Shown here piece after piece: positions 62,401 through 64,000 of a DNA stretch of 64,000 bases. This DNA is from Octopus vulgaris. Taxonomy: Eukaryota. The position numbers and the translations under genes were made by a program. A model generated the notes under the pieces. That model was given only the letters and a program-made list of their open reading frames with translations. It was not told the DNA's origin and searched no databases. The stretch spans positions 49,228,001 through 49,292,000 of the forward strand of contig OX597818.1 of NCBI GenBank assembly GCA_951406725.2, in the 5' to 3' direction. Positions within the stretch are counted from its first letter, which is position 1. Every line of letters starts with the position of its first letter.

Positions 62401-63629
62401 GTCCTCTGCCACCACTCTCAGAGTGGTTGGCATTAGGAAGGACGGCCAGCTGTTGAAACCTTGCCTGGTCAGATTGGAGTCTGGTGCAGCTTCCTGGCTT
62501 GCCAGTCTTCAGTCAAACCGTCCAACCCATGCCAGCATGGAAAGCAGACGTTAAACGATGATGATGATGATGATGATGATGATAATCCCTACTGTACTAC
62601 AACTTCATAGGCACATTATGGCCAAATGGTTAAGAAGTTTACTTTGGAAATACGAAGTCTGGAATTCAATCCCACTGTGTAGTATCTTAGACAAGCATCA
62701 CTTTCTGCAACTTCAACCTTTTCTGAGGGATCCTACTAATAATTCAAAAGATTCGACCTTGTCACAAACTGTGTCACACTGATTCTACCTGACAATTACA
62801 TTAAGGGTGCATACATCCGTGGAATACTAAATCACTTACACCATAATTCAGGGGCAGGTAATTCACTTTATTGAACAACTGACTCCACCTCGTCAATCAA
62901 TGGAGATTCACCATCACCAAACACCACCACCACCACCACCACCACCACCACTATCACCATCATGGTAACTATTTAGTTGTTTCATCATCATCATCATCAT
63001 CATCATCTTTCAACTTGTTTGAACAACCAATCTCAACGAATCGAGGTTCACAATAACGATCACCTTCCATGCCTCTTGATCATTCAACACTATTGATTGA
63101 AGGAAATTCCTGAGTCACATACAATGACATCTAGGAAGTTTTTTTCTTGAGAAGTCTCTTCCTGTTGGCCTTCACAGGAGGAGAGATGAAATAATTTCTC
63201 TGTCTGCTCATATACAGTGACCAGCTAATTACAATCATTTCTGATGTAGATACATACCATAAATCCTCAAGTATAATCCACATTTTTTCCCCAAAATTTA
63301 AAGGTTAAAATCCCTAGTGTGTACAATATATGGGAGGTTAAAAATGAAAAATATTTTCTAAACAATGTCCGAGTTTCTATTTGCTGTCCAGCAATGTTTA
63401 TTCAGATGCATTTTGTGATGTTGGGCACGAAAATACCTTAAGCTAAGCCTGAAAGCAATGAAGTCATAAAAGAATCATCCATAACTTGCAGTAAACAACA
63501 TTTATTAAAATACCCAGACGACTAATAATAGTGTCTGTCATAGATACAAAGTCACACATATTAAGCAAGGGCTAAAAGTCTATTAAACGAGCTTTTTCTT
63601 TTTTGTATTTTTATTTTATTCATCATCAT

Positions 63630-64000
63630 AGGCGCAGGAGTAGCTGTGTGGTCAGTAGCTTGCTTACCAACCACATGGTTCCAGGTTCAGTCCCACTGTG
63701 TGGCACCTTGGGCAAGTGTCTTCTACTATAGCCTGGGGCCAACCAAAGCCTTGTGAGTGGATTTGACAGACAAAAACTGAAAGAAGCCCGTCGTATATAT
63801 GCGCATATATATGTATGTGTGTGTATATGTTTGTGTGTGTGTTTGTCCCCCCCACATCGCTTAATAACCGATGCTGGTGTGTTTACGTCTCCATAACTTA
63901 GAGGTTCGGCAAAAGAGACCGATAGAATAAGTACTAGGCTTACAAAGAATAAGTCCTGGGGTCGATTTGCTCGACTAAAAGGCGGTGCTCCAGCATGGCT
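63630..64000 (+). mobile_element. SINE family B running off the window end
   Basis: Homology to other copies. Confidence 0.9.

Overview
AT-rich, microsatellite- and transposon-dense animal genomic DNA, most likely from an octopus or other coleoid cephalopod (inferred from recalled repeat families, no database search). About a tenth or less of the window is host coding sequence. A + strand multi-exon host gene, not visible in the ORF track, crosses the window. Five phase-compatible exons (41084-41208, 51219-51290, 54229-54289, 56144-56301, 58133-58210) splice into 164 open codons of a divergent, N-glycosylated FN3-like extracellular protein, and weaker upstream exons are possible. The introns hold four tRNA-derived SINE families and many RTE 3' ends. 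They also hold RTE, CR1-like and R4/Dong-like (RLE) LINE fossils, a Penelope RT/GIY-YIG fragment abutting a Ty3/Gypsy pol fragment, a full-length mariner fossil, a reconstructable piggyBac fossil with five nested insertions, non-autonomous Helitrons and MITEs. Best second-look items: a tRNA-headed element carrying an intact minimal hammerhead ribozyme core (852-897); the unannotated FN3-like gene; a 1.1-kb near-identical tandem duplication that breaks inside an exon (probably an assembly artefact); and a recurrent set of fold-back hairpins with roughly 90-112 bp arms. Repeat boundaries are approximate unless TIRs or TSDs are cited.
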